This document shows, in pieces, positions 1 to 12,918 of a stretch of DNA of 64,000 nt (positions are counted from its first letter, which is position 1; each line of letters begins with the position of its first letter). The position numbers were made by a program, and so were the translations under genes. Below the pieces are notes generated by a model. The model was not told the origin of the DNA and made no database searches. It was given only the letters and a program-made list of their open reading frames with translations. This stretch comes from Convolutriloba macropyga (taxonomy: Eukaryota). The DNA lies in contig NC_134475.1 of the NCBI RefSeq assembly GCF_964194025.1, positions 62,930,001 through 62,994,000 of the forward strand, read 5' to 3'.

Positions 1-3000
1 AACGTCAAAGACTCCCAGTCTGACAACAGCACACAACCATATATAGTTATAAATTCTATATTAATTATAGCTTAATTGTAATTATAGTGATATTCAGCAC
101 TATCTAAAATCTAAAATGAAATTAACAATATCAATGTTAGATCAAGTCTCCGCCATTGGGTCAATCATTTCCTCATGTCAGTGAAACTCGTACTACATTC
201 GCCTCGGATGTTTATTAATATTTCTTGCAACAAAGTGTTTTAGCAGGCATATTACAAAATGAGAACCGTTCAAAAAAAAGACAAATCAAATGAGCGACAA
301 CGAATCTTGTTTCCACTGGATGACAATTTCATCCTAGTCTCATAGTTAATCCTGGAACGTTCTTAGTTTCTCTTCTCAACAATCCATCAATAATGCTGGC
401 GTAGTTATACATATATATTACAGCTAACTAGAATTAAACACCTAACACTAACTCCTAAAAATTGAAAAACGTAAAATTGAAAAACGAATATAACGTAAAA
501 CCTTGCACAGTCACCTACTATATTTCAATGTGTGCTGTCCTTGACTGAAAAAGGATTAAAGCTTTGCGGTTACAAGAAAAGAGATCAAAATTCGTGGAGG
601 AAATGAGCATAGAACGACTTTAAAAACAATCAAACCAATAAAAACAAAAAATAACTTGACTGAAGAGAGCCAAAATGTTGCTTTAAAAATACCGGATCCC
701 TACAGTGCAACATTCTAGAATGACAGGTTTTCCTATACGCACTGCCGCATTTTAAAAATTGCAAAGTGTGTTTCAAGCACGGCTCCGTGATTCTGCCGAA
801 GTTACTTCGAAACTCTGACCTATCTCGAAACGTTACGCGGTTCTCGATTGATGTCAGCTTTTCTTCGTGACTTCATCAGAGAGAAGTCACATTGTTTGGA
901 GCAAGCACTTTTAATGCTACTGTTTAGAAAAACCCGTCGAAGTTATAACTCAGTAAAAAAAAACTATGAAACAAAACAACCAAGAAATAGGCGCAGCTCA
1001 AATGTCAAAGAAATTTGATAAAGCATAACGATTTTGATATTTGAAATTCTCCACGAATTCTGCTAGCCGTCCATTTTTCAGATAAAATTCTAACAAACAT
1101 TTTATTTTGCAAAGAGGAGCTTCCTGAAAAACGTTCCAAAGATATAATTTGACAAAACCTTCAATATACACCATTTTACCGTTATTTTTCGTCGTTATTT
1201 TTTCGACAAAAGGTCAATTTCCAAAAATAGTCTTTCTTAGGATTTTTTCCGAATAAAACTTTACAAAAGCAGTCGTAATTACAAAAATTTGACATAATTC
1301 GTGCACAAAGCATGGTTACCATCTTGGTGTATGAATTCCTTAAAATTTGACGGAGGTTCGGCAGAATATTTTTTAAAAATAAGCTGGCATGATTTTTCTA
1401 TTTCGAATCCTGAATGCTGCCGTTAGACGCCAAGAAATCAAAATTTCTTATAATTTAAGCACTTTCATTGGGCAAGCAACATAAAAAAATTATTCTTGTT
1501 CAAAGTTGAGCATAGTTTAAGAGAAGACTAAATTAACTAAAAAAGGCTCCATACTTGAAAAACTAGCGACCGACGGTTCAAAAAATATCTCTGTGAATAC
1601 AAAAATGGGGGTGGGATATTAGGCGAAAACTCTTACTCTACTCAGGGTCAACACAGCCAATAATTTTGATTTAAAAAGTAACAGGAAAAAATGGTGTTAC
1701 ATAATAATAGCTTTAATGTAAATAGGCTGGAACTACCGGTTTAAAAAACACGCAAAAATTGGGGGAGTTGGGGTTAAATTACATCGTTAAAAAGCTTAGA
1801 CTTCAAAAATTCTGGTCAATTTTTGAATGTTTTTGTTTTTGGCTGTTTTTCTACGAAGTCAGTTGTTATAGCCCCTTAATTCTATTATATCAAGCAGATA
1901 TTGCAGCACGTCCTTTAATTGGTATTCGTCTAATTTCCACAGAACTTTAGTTCAGAGTTTTTGCCTAATGGCTGCAAAAATTCCCTTCGCCTGATATCCT
2001 ACGCCCCCAAAAATATTGCTCCAAATTTTGTTCAGAATTTCAAGTCAGTTTCTGGCTTCAAGTCAGATTCTAGCGATTAAGTTTCTAGCGCAAAATAATA
2101 CCTAGAAATAAGATTACCTAGCAAGATGACTCTTAGGAAGATAGGGTTGCTCAAACAATATTTGAATCTTTTGCTAATACCAATAAACTATAAACTATAG
2201 TCCACTAAATTAAAACGTAGACAAAGGTCTTTTTAAACAATTTGTTTGTGAATCCCATCAACTGTTTAATTGAGTATATACAATTACACGTTCCATGTTA
2301 ACAATCTTTGTGTTACCCTTAACCTGTCGTAGTTACGTATCAATGGAATTTTCTGTGCTACATAGATGCAGATACAATACACATTTTTGCTTCCATCGAA
2401 AACAACCAATAGATCACATTTAATGTTAAAACATTCTTGGGCAATAGTTATTATTTTTTTGTTACAATTCGGTTTAACTACTGGTTTCACTTTAAAAAAA
2501 GACATGTTGCAAAAAAAATTACACGTTAAGTTACACGCACAAGTCTTCACTCTCAAATAGTGCATATAACAAACATAACCCAAGTTAATATATTTAGCAG
2601 TGTTAAAAATGTTCAGCTTTAATTTTAGTTCAGTTAAAAAAGTGTTGGAATCACACAGATATAAAGCATTGCGCCCTCAAAATTTTTTTTCAAAAATTAT
2701 CAGATTCTGAGCAGACAGAAAAATCTACTTACAAATTTTATATTCCTCCATTACGGCAGTTTCACGCGCAGTTGACTAAATTTTACAGCGCAAAATCAAA
2801 CAGATTAAGAAATGTCGCGATGTAAATTAATTTTCAATTTGCCTGAAGGAAAAATAAATTAAGTTGGAAAATGATTAGAAACCTCTTTGAAAGCTGCCAT
2901 CAACATAAGAATCATTATTATCCCTTGAAGTCGGAGATAAAATAATCAGCGCAAATTGCGAACGAAACAAACAGGAAATCATCTACTTTCACAATACACT

Positions 3001-3405
3001 AGCTACGAGTGGAAATACTGGAGATTAATTATTATAATTCCCATTATGGTAAAACAGTGAGCGAATAAAACTAACAGCTTCCTCAGTTCCAAACACGTAG
3101 TTGTTGTAACCATAGAAATATTTATCCATAATACTGGAGAATAAATGGTATAAAAACAAGAATAATTATCTAGTTTTACCTACCCTCGACAATTGTGCAA
3201 AAATTATAATTAAACTGAACGATTTTTCGTTAAAATTCTAAGACAAAAGTAAATTAAGCACCCCAGAGATTTTAATGAGGTATGTTAATTTTGAAAATAA
3301 GAACTAGATTTTAAATGGCGAACTCAACCGAGTTTTCTAAAATGTACGTTACCAACATTATACTCGGTTGTTACTAACATTAAATGTATCGAAAGCGAAT
3401 TGAAC

Positions 3406-3809
3406 CATTGAATTTAAGGCCTCATCAGAAACTACAAATTAAAGCTACAAATGCAAAAACAGCTGACATAAAAACAAGAGACAAGGAGGCTCGGAAATGT
3501 GCGTTTGCACACAATGTTCCGACCCCTCTCAACTGCAAACGTTGCTCGATTCTCTAGCGAACAGAGCACAAAAAGCAAATTTTTGGAATTAAAATATAAC
3601 TTATATGGCATTTTGGAGCCATATAATTTTAAAGCCACTAAAGAATTTCAATTTTTTTCATTGATTAAATGATGCAAACACCAGACAATTAAGCTATTTA
3701 TAAATAGTGATCTGAGATGTACATTAGACAGAACTTTCTCTATAAAAGCATTGAATTTAAGGCCTCATCAGAAACCACAAATTGAAGCTACAAATACAAA
3801 AACAGCTGA
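3406..3809 (+). repeat. 61-bp direct repeat (3406-3466 and 3749-3809)
   Basis: cattgaatttaaggcctcatcagaaa...aaaaacagctga occurs twice. Confidence 0.85.
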
Positions 3810-4829
3810 AACAAACTTTAAAATTTTGTTGGCAACAGACGCAAAGATTAAACAATATAGTGGTATTCAATTTTTAGTTTGAATTGGAAAAATGTATAAA
3901 ATTTATCAAAAATTATTACCATCGCTTAAAGAAGGTCAATTAGTCTTGTCGCATTAGATGTTCATAGCGTCAAAATACACTGGAAAATCAGTCGCGACAA
4001 AAGGAGATAAATTGATCAAAAAAGTTTCCATTTTATGTGAATACATGCATTTTAAAAAATGTAAATTGAAAAGCGTAAATTAAAAAATCTTGGTTCAAGA
4101 CCAGAAAAGTTTCGAAATTCGAAAGGTTCCAAAATTCTGAATATTGTAAAAAACTGATTCCCGATAATAAATTTTTTGTTAAAAAATCTTTGACATGATT
4201 GCTTCTTCAATGAACGAGGTCCCAGAAAAATGCTCAATTTGAGAATTCAATTTGCATTTAAGTTTAAAAAAAACGGTTTTGAAAATGTATTATCCGAGCG
4301 TACACAAAATCAATAATTTTCATTACATCGATTTTCGCCTGGTTTACGGGTCAGCTCGTTCAGTTTTTGCTTTATATTTCTTTGGCTTCTTCGAGAATTT
4401 AAAAAGATAAGGAGTAGATTTATTACGTAGGACGGAGATATTTTTTTCAGATTTTCCAAGTGTTAATTAAAATAAACTTTTTATTAGAAACAGACGAAAA
4501 GATTAAAAATACTGGTAATCAATTTTTAGTTTTAATTGAAAAAATATGTCCCACGATTGGAGAATTTTAATGAACAACACGGTTTCGGTTAACTTTACCC
4601 AAAAAGTTTTCGTTTCCTGTTATATGCTTTAAAAAATTTTGTCAGAGAAAGAACGTTTGCATACAATTTTAATGTCAAGTTTTTAGAAAAGCTGCCATTC
4701 GGCCGTTTGCTTTCAAAATTGCACACATACGCTTAACCATTCAAAAAAAGCTTTTATAGTCCGTAGCATCAGGTTGAAACGCTAGCGAACACTTCAAAGG
4801 TCGAAGTTCAAATTTAAAACTAAACCGTC

Positions 4830-5345
4830 TAACGTCGGGTGAATTGCTCTCAATCAACCGGCTAGCGGTTGGCTTCGGTAGTAAAACTGGGGATTAGATA
4901 TGCTAGTATTGGTGTGTGTGTGTGGGGGGGGGGGTAAAGCAATGGGGGTACGGTTGAAGGGATGGACGAGAGGGGGTCAAAACCGCCAGATGGAGGAGGG
5001 CGGATTGCGGTGGAGCTACAGAGGGAGGTTAAGAACCGGAAACGACTCGAAGCGTCGTGCGACATATGTAAAACAGAATAATCAAAGAGAAAGAAACGGG
5101 TAGGTATGTGGGGGTCGGGGTAGTTAAGTAGCGCGTGGGGGGGGGGCTAGATAGGCGGGTGGGTAGATAGGTGATGTAGGTTGCGGGTTCTGTAAATTGG
5201 ATAGGAAGGAGGGGGCAGTTACTGGGAGGAAAACTTCTCAAATGACCTTCTGCCTTTGAACATCACCGACAGTTCTTAATTACTATGAATTAAGTAACTA
5301 AGCTACTGTTAAGATCCATTGTTCAAAAAGAAGTCAGCGGTTTAC
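4830..5345 (+). repeat. Dispersed repeat with a G-rich core; related segments at ~36477-36660 and ~46860-47045
   Basis: aacgtcgggtgaa(t/g)tgctctcaa at 4831 and 36477; aactaagctactgttaa..tcca.tgttc at ~5295 and ~46997; each is associated with G-run-rich DNA. Confidence 0.6.
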
Positions 5346-6761
5346 AACTAAAGTCGCTGTTCAAAAACTTTCAAAAAAACTCATACGAATGGTCTGCTCA
5401 TAATCTCATACAACTAGCGTGCTGATATACCATGGGGTCAAGGAAAAGCGTTGTTAGAGATCAAAAATTGGTGTTCATCACTTGCGTGCAAAAATGTGGA
5501 AGGTTCTGCTATTTTTAAAACATTCAAAATATTCATCCTTTTGTGAACTTGAAGATAAATTTTAATTCTTATTTAATGATCATTCAATAGCAAGAAATTC
5601 ACAAGTCAAAAGTTCAAGTCATGTACAAACTTGCTTCCGCTAAAAATACAAACCTAAACGTGTAGAATACCAATACTCCTCTCTGAGTCGTAAAAAGACC
5701 ACAGGAGTAACAAATTGCTACAAAAACTTCGTATGAGAGCAATTAAAAATTCATATATCCCTATATTGATGTTCATATGCACGACTACAGTTTTTCGAAC
5801 ATTCACTTGCGTTATAAGAAACTTCTTATAAACCTAAGACAGATCTTTCGGACCAGAATGTTTTAACCTAAACGAAGCACAAAGTTTCTTAGTCCTCGAA
5901 CTCGATCCTAAGAGAAGTTAGATTGATCGGCATATGTCCTGAATATGCACTATTAACTACTGACGACAGTACAGCTTTTCGAACTTGAATTGGTAAAACT
6001 AACGATATGGTTAAAATATGGAGTCAATTTCTAGTCTAAATTTTGGTTGGAATAACAAGGATACTAATTGGTTGACACGGGAGTTAAAAGTAGAGTTTGA
6101 TTGATTATTTATGGGAGATAGCACCCTGAATAGAATTAAAATTGAGCTGTGTGATACAATTCAAATTATGTTTGGAACCTGCGTCTCTGATTGGTCGGTA
6201 TATCCCAACATCCCATTGGTCAGAATCAGTTACTTTCTCTCAATCAATAGGATTCTTCAGAACTTCTGTTACGAGCACATCATGCATTAATGAAGGCTTT
6301 AATTTAGTAGTCGGTGATTTTTTTTAAAAAAAAAGTTACATTGGGTTGATAAAAGTCTAGTAAATACTTGTAGCGCGTTGTTAAAAAAGAAAAAGGGTTA
6401 AAATTGATGCTCAATTGCTGTTTTACCCCGTAAAAATTGCCCATCTTGACCACCGAAATAAATTTGCCTTTACCCATCTATAATTTTAAAACGTATATGC
6501 TTAGATTTACAATAATAATAATAATAATAATAGAAATAATAATAAATTGTTTACGGATCCGCATATTACAAGAGATATTACTTACAATATTTAAAAGACA
6601 ATTCACAATTTAGTACTTTAAATGCATTCCGATAGGACATCATCGACTCCTATGGATCGTTCGCAGATCCCAGATTTAAGCAAATGAGAACGCTCTGAAA
6701 AAAAGCGAAGAGACGTTTTAGACAAGAGACGCAGGTAGAAAACAAAAGTCATCAACATCAA

Positions 6762-8546
6762 TCAACAGTCGCCCATTTTCTCATGCAGAATTTTCTGCAT
6801 TCGCAGCTTTTCTTTCTTCAGCATTTCAGCCTGTGCGATCAGTTGAGTGTTCATTCTCTGTTGCTCGCAAGTTCTTTCTATCATTGCTTTATGATGTCTG
6901 TTAGACCTCCGCAGGTACAAACTGGTCCACGGCACAATGTTCTCAGGCGACAGGGGAAAATGTAGTGGCTTTACCTTATGTGGGTTATACAACCCGTTGT
7001 AAAATCTAGAACAATTTGACTGGATTGACAAATACTGCCATATTGACATGGTCTTTGAGAAAACAGCGTTTGAGATCCGCTCGCATTCATTGTTGCATAG
7101 AAAGTTCCCGAATGTTCTGGAATAAGCACTTTCAGCAAGGAAGATCAAAAAGGCTTCATTGAATTCAAACTGAGTAGGAAAACAACGTGTAAATTGCCAA
7201 ACAGCATCTAAGAACAACAAGAAGACTGGAGCCGCAACTTTTCTGGAATCTTTGGCTTTGTTTTGGACAAAGAGCGAGGACAGACGTTCTTCAAACGGAT
7301 GACCAGCCAAAACCCACTCACGATGAATGAGCTCCTGGAACCCTCGCATCCTCCGACATTCTGGGTCTGCGATAATTTGAGTCAACGAGGTACTACATAA
7401 CGTCGTATCCCTTCCCTCTAATCCATGAACAAGTACTGATGTGTATTCCTGATTAAGAATTTGGAACATCAAGCTCGCATGAATGATCAAACTCCTGACA
7501 TGGTCTAACCACTTTGAGCTCTCAATGGCAAGGAGATAACTTTCAACTGAGGAATGGTTCGCTTTCAGAGCCTTCATGAATTTGACCAGAGATTCCAACA
7601 TGTTGGACACGCGCTCCAGAGGTCGCTGAAAGTGATGGAATTTCGGTTTATAATCTTCAGATTCATAGCCCCCTCCGCGAACTTTGTCACTTGATGCATC
7701 CGCCTGTGATCTAGTATCAACAATATAGGAAACATTAATATTTTTGTTGTGCGGCGCTGATAATGCCAGAACATGGTAATCTTTCGGCGACGTTCGATTC
7801 ATGGAAGTCAGTAATGGTTGACTAGACCTGACTAAAGCCGTTTGTTTTGCTTCGTGAATAAAACAGACAACTGGGAACCTCCCACCCTCTCTAAACTTCG
7901 AAGACTGTACCAGGTCATCATCAGTAACTGTAACAGGAACTATAATTCTTTCGGGATAACTTTGGCAAACTCCGAAACCCTTGTTGACTTCTGAAATTCT
8001 AAACTGCATGTTTTGTGATCTTTTGTTCATTTTGTGCAACGTGCTCAGAAGGCTAAACATTTGCCACCCAGCACTGAAGTCATCTAAATTGGGAATTAAA
8101 GGATTATGATTCATATTAAAAGCAGGCATTAATTGAACTTGAGAACTTATTTTTTCCTTTCTAACTCTGATGAAAGATGCCACATTTGAACACTCCGAAC
8201 TCGTTTTGAAGGTAAACTTAAACGTGTAAAAATGCTTGCATACAAGCACTATGTGAGCATCAGGCGGTGTCAGAGACTCAATTAAGGAATCTATCAACTG
8301 ATAGTACAAAGTAAAGGGATCGTCAAAACAGTGATCCCGTTTCAGAATGCCCAGGACGTCGTGTCCACTTTTAGATACAGATCCACCCGAAAACTTTTTC
8401 ATATCAGTCACGCTGATGTACTGCATTTCAGTTGTTAAGGTTCCTTCAAATATCAGCGCCGGGGTGGTTCCACAAACTTCAACTCTAACATCCGGAACAT
8501 TTGGAGTCGCCTCCGGCTCAGCAATTATACAAAAATCAGAGGTCAT
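6762..8546 (-). CDS. MTMR9: Myotubularin-related protein 9-like (catalytically inactive myotubularin), single coding exon
   Basis: 594 aa from ATG 8546. Myotubularin motifs FRISEVNKGFGVCQSYP, SKFREGGRFPV, LVRSSQPL, LIHREWVLAGHPF, APVFLLFLDAVWQ and FEFNEAFL. The signature reads VLVHGLEGRDTT instead of the active VHCSDGWDRT, as in MTMR9. C-terminal coiled coil. TTTTCAG acceptor just upstream (AG 8555-8554). Confidence 0.85.
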   Translation of the reverse strand: MTSDFCIIAEPEATPNVPDVRVEVCGTTPALIFEGTLTTEMQYISVTDMKKFSGGSVSKSGHDVLGILKRDHCFDDPFTLYYQLIDSLIESLTPPDAHIVLVCKHFYTFKFTFKTSSECSNVASFIRVRKEKISSQVQLMPAFNMNHNPLIPNLDDFSAGWQMFSLLSTLHKMNKRSQNMQFRISEVNKGFGVCQSYPERIIVPVTVTDDDLVQSSKFREGGRFPVVCFIHEAKQTALVRSSQPLLTSMNRTSPKDYHVLALSAPHNKNINVSYIVDTRSQADASSDKVRGGGYESEDYKPKFHHFQRPLERVSNMLESLVKFMKALKANHSSVESYLLAIESSKWLDHVRSLIIHASLMFQILNQEYTSVLVHGLEGRDTTLCSTSLTQIIADPECRRMRGFQELIHREWVLAGHPFEERLSSLFVQNKAKDSRKVAAPVFLLFLDAVWQFTRCFPTQFEFNEAFLIFLAESAYSRTFGNFLCNNECERISNAVFSKTMSIWQYLSIQSNCSRFYNGLYNPHKVKPLHFPLSPENIVPWTSLYLRRSNRHHKAMIERTCEQQRMNTQLIAQAEMLKKEKLRMQKILHEKMGDC

Positions 8547-9737
8547 GATCAACCTGAAAAGATTATCTAATAAACATAAAACGACAAACGCCGGACGAAT
8601 TGCTCTCGAACGACTTGCGAGGCAAACAATTTAGAAGGTGGCATAGGCTAAAGAACTTTTATGATACAAAAATTCTGACTCGGTCGGGGTGCGAACTTGC
8701 TTCCTCTTGGATAAGAGTCGGCGACAGTTGCACTTCACTACACGGACTATGTACAATCTTGGCTCACAATCGCTTTATTATTTTAGCTACAGATTTTAAT
8801 TTCTGAATGCGCGCAATTAAAATCAGTCGAGATGTTTAGCGTGAAAGTCACTCAAGAAGTGAAATTGAAAGAATGTTCTAGCAGAAAACGCGCAAGAGAA
8901 AATTTTGCATAAGAATAGACACCCCCGTTACAATAATTGCTTCAGACTTCGTTTGAGAGCAATTAAAAACATTAGAGCAGTTAAAACGCAAAGGAAACAA
9001 GGCGACTTGGTAATGTGCAATTGCACATAAGGTTCCGACCCCGCTCATCCCCACAATTTTGGTATGATTGTCTACCAAATGAGGAACATAGAAAAACCCA
9101 AAAATTCAAGTATTTTTTTTGGTGAATGAACAAAAAGACAGCCTCCAAAGCAAATAACTCAGTGGTGGAGTGAAAAATGGTGCATTAGATTGATGAGATG
9201 TGCAAATAATCAGAAAGCGAGTCAAGACGAACAGTAATATCAAACAGCAACAACAACAACAACAACAACAGAAATTAATTACATCAAAAACTTCATGTCC
9301 GTTTTAAAAAACAAAACTTAATAACAAAGTCAAAATAGCGTCAGATAAAACTGATATTACACAAAATAACTTTCAATCCACCAGAAAAGATATGGGACTA
9401 CTCAATAAAAAAGGCTTGGTAGCAATTAAACGATAAGGAACAAAAACAGTAAAGTTGTAAAATTCGCTTAATTCGCTTAATAAAAACAATTAATTTCACA
9501 GTAATGAAAACCATTAGAAATCAACTAAAATATCTCTTAGATCTAACCTTACAAATTCTTCTATAGAAAGAATTAGGAACTGTCTGTATTCAATTTTTTA
9601 TGCGTTTACAAAAAGAACAACAAATAACAGAACAAAAAATCAATTGAAACTTGGCAGATAACGCATTCGAAACCATAAAGCCATACTATGGCCATCAAAA
9701 TATGTTCGATTACACATTCTGCGAGCACCGATAATGT

Positions 9738-10078
9738 ATTTTTAGGTATTTACCCATTTTTCTCGTTTTCTAGTTTTGTCACATTATCACGTTATTGACA
9801 GTTCGTATATTACAACATTGGTTTTCAAAATAAGGCACAATTGATATTATTAAAATCCTGGAAGATATAGATTATGATTTTAGCGGCTTCGACACTACTT
9901 TCTTGAAGAATTAGGTTACAGTGTCGAAGCCGCTAAAATCATAATCTATATCTTCCAGGATTTTAATAATATCAATTGTGCCTTATTTTGAAAACCAATG
10001 TTGTAATATACGAACTGTCAATAACGTGATAATGTGACAAAACTAGAAAACGAGAAAATTGGGCGAATACCTAAAAAT
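9738..10078. repeat. Long near-perfect inverted repeat (159-bp arms, 23-bp spacer); foldback/MITE-like
   Basis: 9738-9896 is the reverse complement of 9920-10078, with a few mismatches at the outer end. Confidence 0.9.
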
Positions 10079-12076
10079 TTTTTTTAAAAAACGTGAAATC
10101 TAGTAATATCAAAGCCAGAAAACCATAATTTAAGGCATAAAACCACAACAAATGTTGAATTTGATTTCAATAGAAGGAAAAGGCGGTCTTTCATTGCTGA
10201 CAATAAAGAGAAAATAGAGGCAAGTCATTATTTATTTAAAAATCCAATAATTTTAAAAGTCAAAACAACCATAAGCTTTCAAGTAATCAACTGGATACAA
10301 CAATGTGCAGCTAATTAGGAATCCAATTGGACCAATCATTAGTTAGCTTCGGTCTGAAATGTTCTGTCATTTAATTAATGTAGAAAAGATCAATTTTTTA
10401 AATTTTTATCGATTTTTAAAAAGACCGGCTGATTACAATCCGAATCATTTTTGGATTATACTAGTCCAATATTGGTCCAAAACTAGCCCTGCTAATGCTG
10501 TTTCTCGATGAGGAACACTTAATTATTCGAGTGTTCTAGATATTGATATTTAGTTAGTTAAAAACACAAAAAGATGCTGCGTTTTTGATAATCAACGAAT
10601 GAATTTAGCAATAAACGGCAGTTTTAATTACAGAGCACTCAACGAAATTTGAAGTACAAAAGCCCCATTTTGAGTCTAAAAAGATTGTGTTAATGGACGT
10701 TGGGTCTGTACTTCGTGTAAATTTAATCAAACTGGACTAAAGAAAATTATTTTGTGCTGTTTTTGATGAAAATCTTAATTTGAAAACATTTAGCCAGATT
10801 TTTTTGACAAAAAAATTCAAGAAAATAGCCTACAATAAAGTTTTTTGTCTTTAGAAATAAAAATCATAAACACTTTCTGAAAAATTAACAAATTTTAGCA
10901 AAATTGGCGAAGTTTTAGCCAAAAATTTTGAAAAATGTGAATAAAATCTCACCAAAATTCACTCTATTTTCTCAAAATTTAAACATCGATAACTTCCTGT
11001 AAAAAACGAAATTAATAAAATCTTTTTAATTCCATATTCTGCGCTGGAAAAGCTTTCTAATGATACCAGTCTCAACACCCAAAATTGACTGAACAAAAGA
11101 AAACCCATTTGAGTATATAGTTCCTTCCCCCTGAAGAGGGGTCGGAATAAAAAGTGGATCGGTAATATTTGTTCGCACGGTATTCTTACGCGGTATTCTT
11201 TCTGCGCCTCAAAATCTAATCCATACATTAAAAAACGTTCAATTATAATCTATAGGAGTATCTCATAGAAATGGTTAATTAACTGAAAAAACAGATCGCT
11301 GGATTTATAACGGGATTTAAAATGATTTCAATGAAACACTGCGTCGTATTACTTTAATTGAAAAAGTTTCTGTGCAATCTTCAGAGTTAAAAGAAGCCTT
11401 TGATGTTCTTTTTGTTAAAAAAGGAAATTAGCCTTTTCTCGATAATGATGAACTGGAAGCAAACTGTTTTCATATTTGCCAAGCTGTGATTCAAATTCCA
11501 TAATTAAATACACATAGAAATTGCTAGTTTGGTTTGAGAGCTCCAAAGGAAATTAGCACAACTTCAAAAATTGTAGTTCTTGAATATTTCGCCTCAGAAA
11601 TGCTAATAATCGATCTCTCTCGCAATAGACAATCGTGGGAGAAACTTAGTATTTGAGAAATTTATGCAGAGAATTTGTGATGACTTTCGGATAACTTTCA
11701 ATGCCAATTTTTTTTTTGCGTCAATTCCTTTGTCAATAGCTCCCCAATTAAATTTATGGAAGTACTTAGGAAGTACTTTTTTAGGATAGGAAAAGATGTT
11801 CCTTTGATATGTTGTGTTTGAGATCGATGATCAAAAGATGCTTTTTCTGCGCGTAAAAAATCAAGCAGAAAACGATTAAAATTTCAAAAACCCCAAATGG
11901 TTCCTGTAAATCTCTAATCTCTAGTGTGAGAAATTCTTACTGGTTCCGGATTGTTCGAAAAACAAAGCATAGTCACATGTTTTAGAATTAACATGAAAAA
12001 GCAGTTTTTGAGTAGATTATTAAAATGGATATCAAAATAGTAATGAAAGCAGTTTTACGGTGCCCAATAGAAGAAA

Positions 12077-12078
<2 letters not shown>

Positions 12079-12118
<40 letters not shown>
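12079..12118. repeat. (AT)n microsatellite
   Basis: Direct read. Confidence 0.95.
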
Positions 12119-12120
<2 letters not shown>

Positions 12121-12347
12121 CTCACTACTCATACCAAAAACTATTTAAAAAAACACGAAACCAAAAGGATAATCAATTCATTATTCAACCTATTAAGCGC
12201 TAATGCCAAAAACAATTTTCATTAAAAGCAGTTCAGACTAGGATTTTCTCCAATAATTAAAACAGGTTTTACGAAGTTTAGTTACAGATCATTTTAGCAT
12301 TGTAAAGCTAAGTAAATAACTAGAAACATTTGCAACCAGTGAGATAT

Positions 12348-12545
12348 TTTCTGCAGATCGATAAAGTACAAATGGCAAAAAGCGTTACCAAAATGGGCCA
12401 TTCCAAAAAGGCCAGGCTAGTATATAGTTTTTTTAAACCCTGATTACTAATCAGGGTTAAAAATCTATATACTAGCCTCTCTTTTTTTGGATTGGCCAAC
12501 TTTGATACCGCTTTTTACTATTTGTTCATTATCTATCTGCAGAAA
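12348..12545. repeat. Imperfect ~200-bp palindrome, MITE-like
   Basis: The arm tttctgcagat...ggctagtatatag...accctgatta pairs with taatcagggt...ctatatactagcc...atctgcagaaa; centre ~12446. Confidence 0.8.
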
Positions 12546-12918
12546 TTGCCTCAATGGTTGCAAATGTTTCTAGGTATATGCTTAGCTTTATTATGTTAAA
12601 ATGATCTATAATGAAAATTGGCGCATGAAATGGGGGTTGGAACAAAAAGTAAGACTGAAAATCGAGCTCAGTAAGAGCGACTTCAACACGAATATCAAAA
12701 AAATGCCTCGATAAGAACAACGTCATCGTTCTCATAAGATCCGCTTGAGGAAAACATACAATTAATAAAATTTGAAAAACAATTAAGGGGAAATAAATCA
12801 ATCAAAATAGCAAAAATTCATTTTACTTCAATATCTTACAAAACAAATACGAATAGAGAAAATGTCTCAGGCTAAAATTTACAGTCATATGTTGGGCTCA
12901 TACATAGAATATTTACAT

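Noticed and set aside
1-6700. Short ORFs in the first 6.7 kb
   Set aside because: Low-complexity, non-ATG starts, no domain signal.
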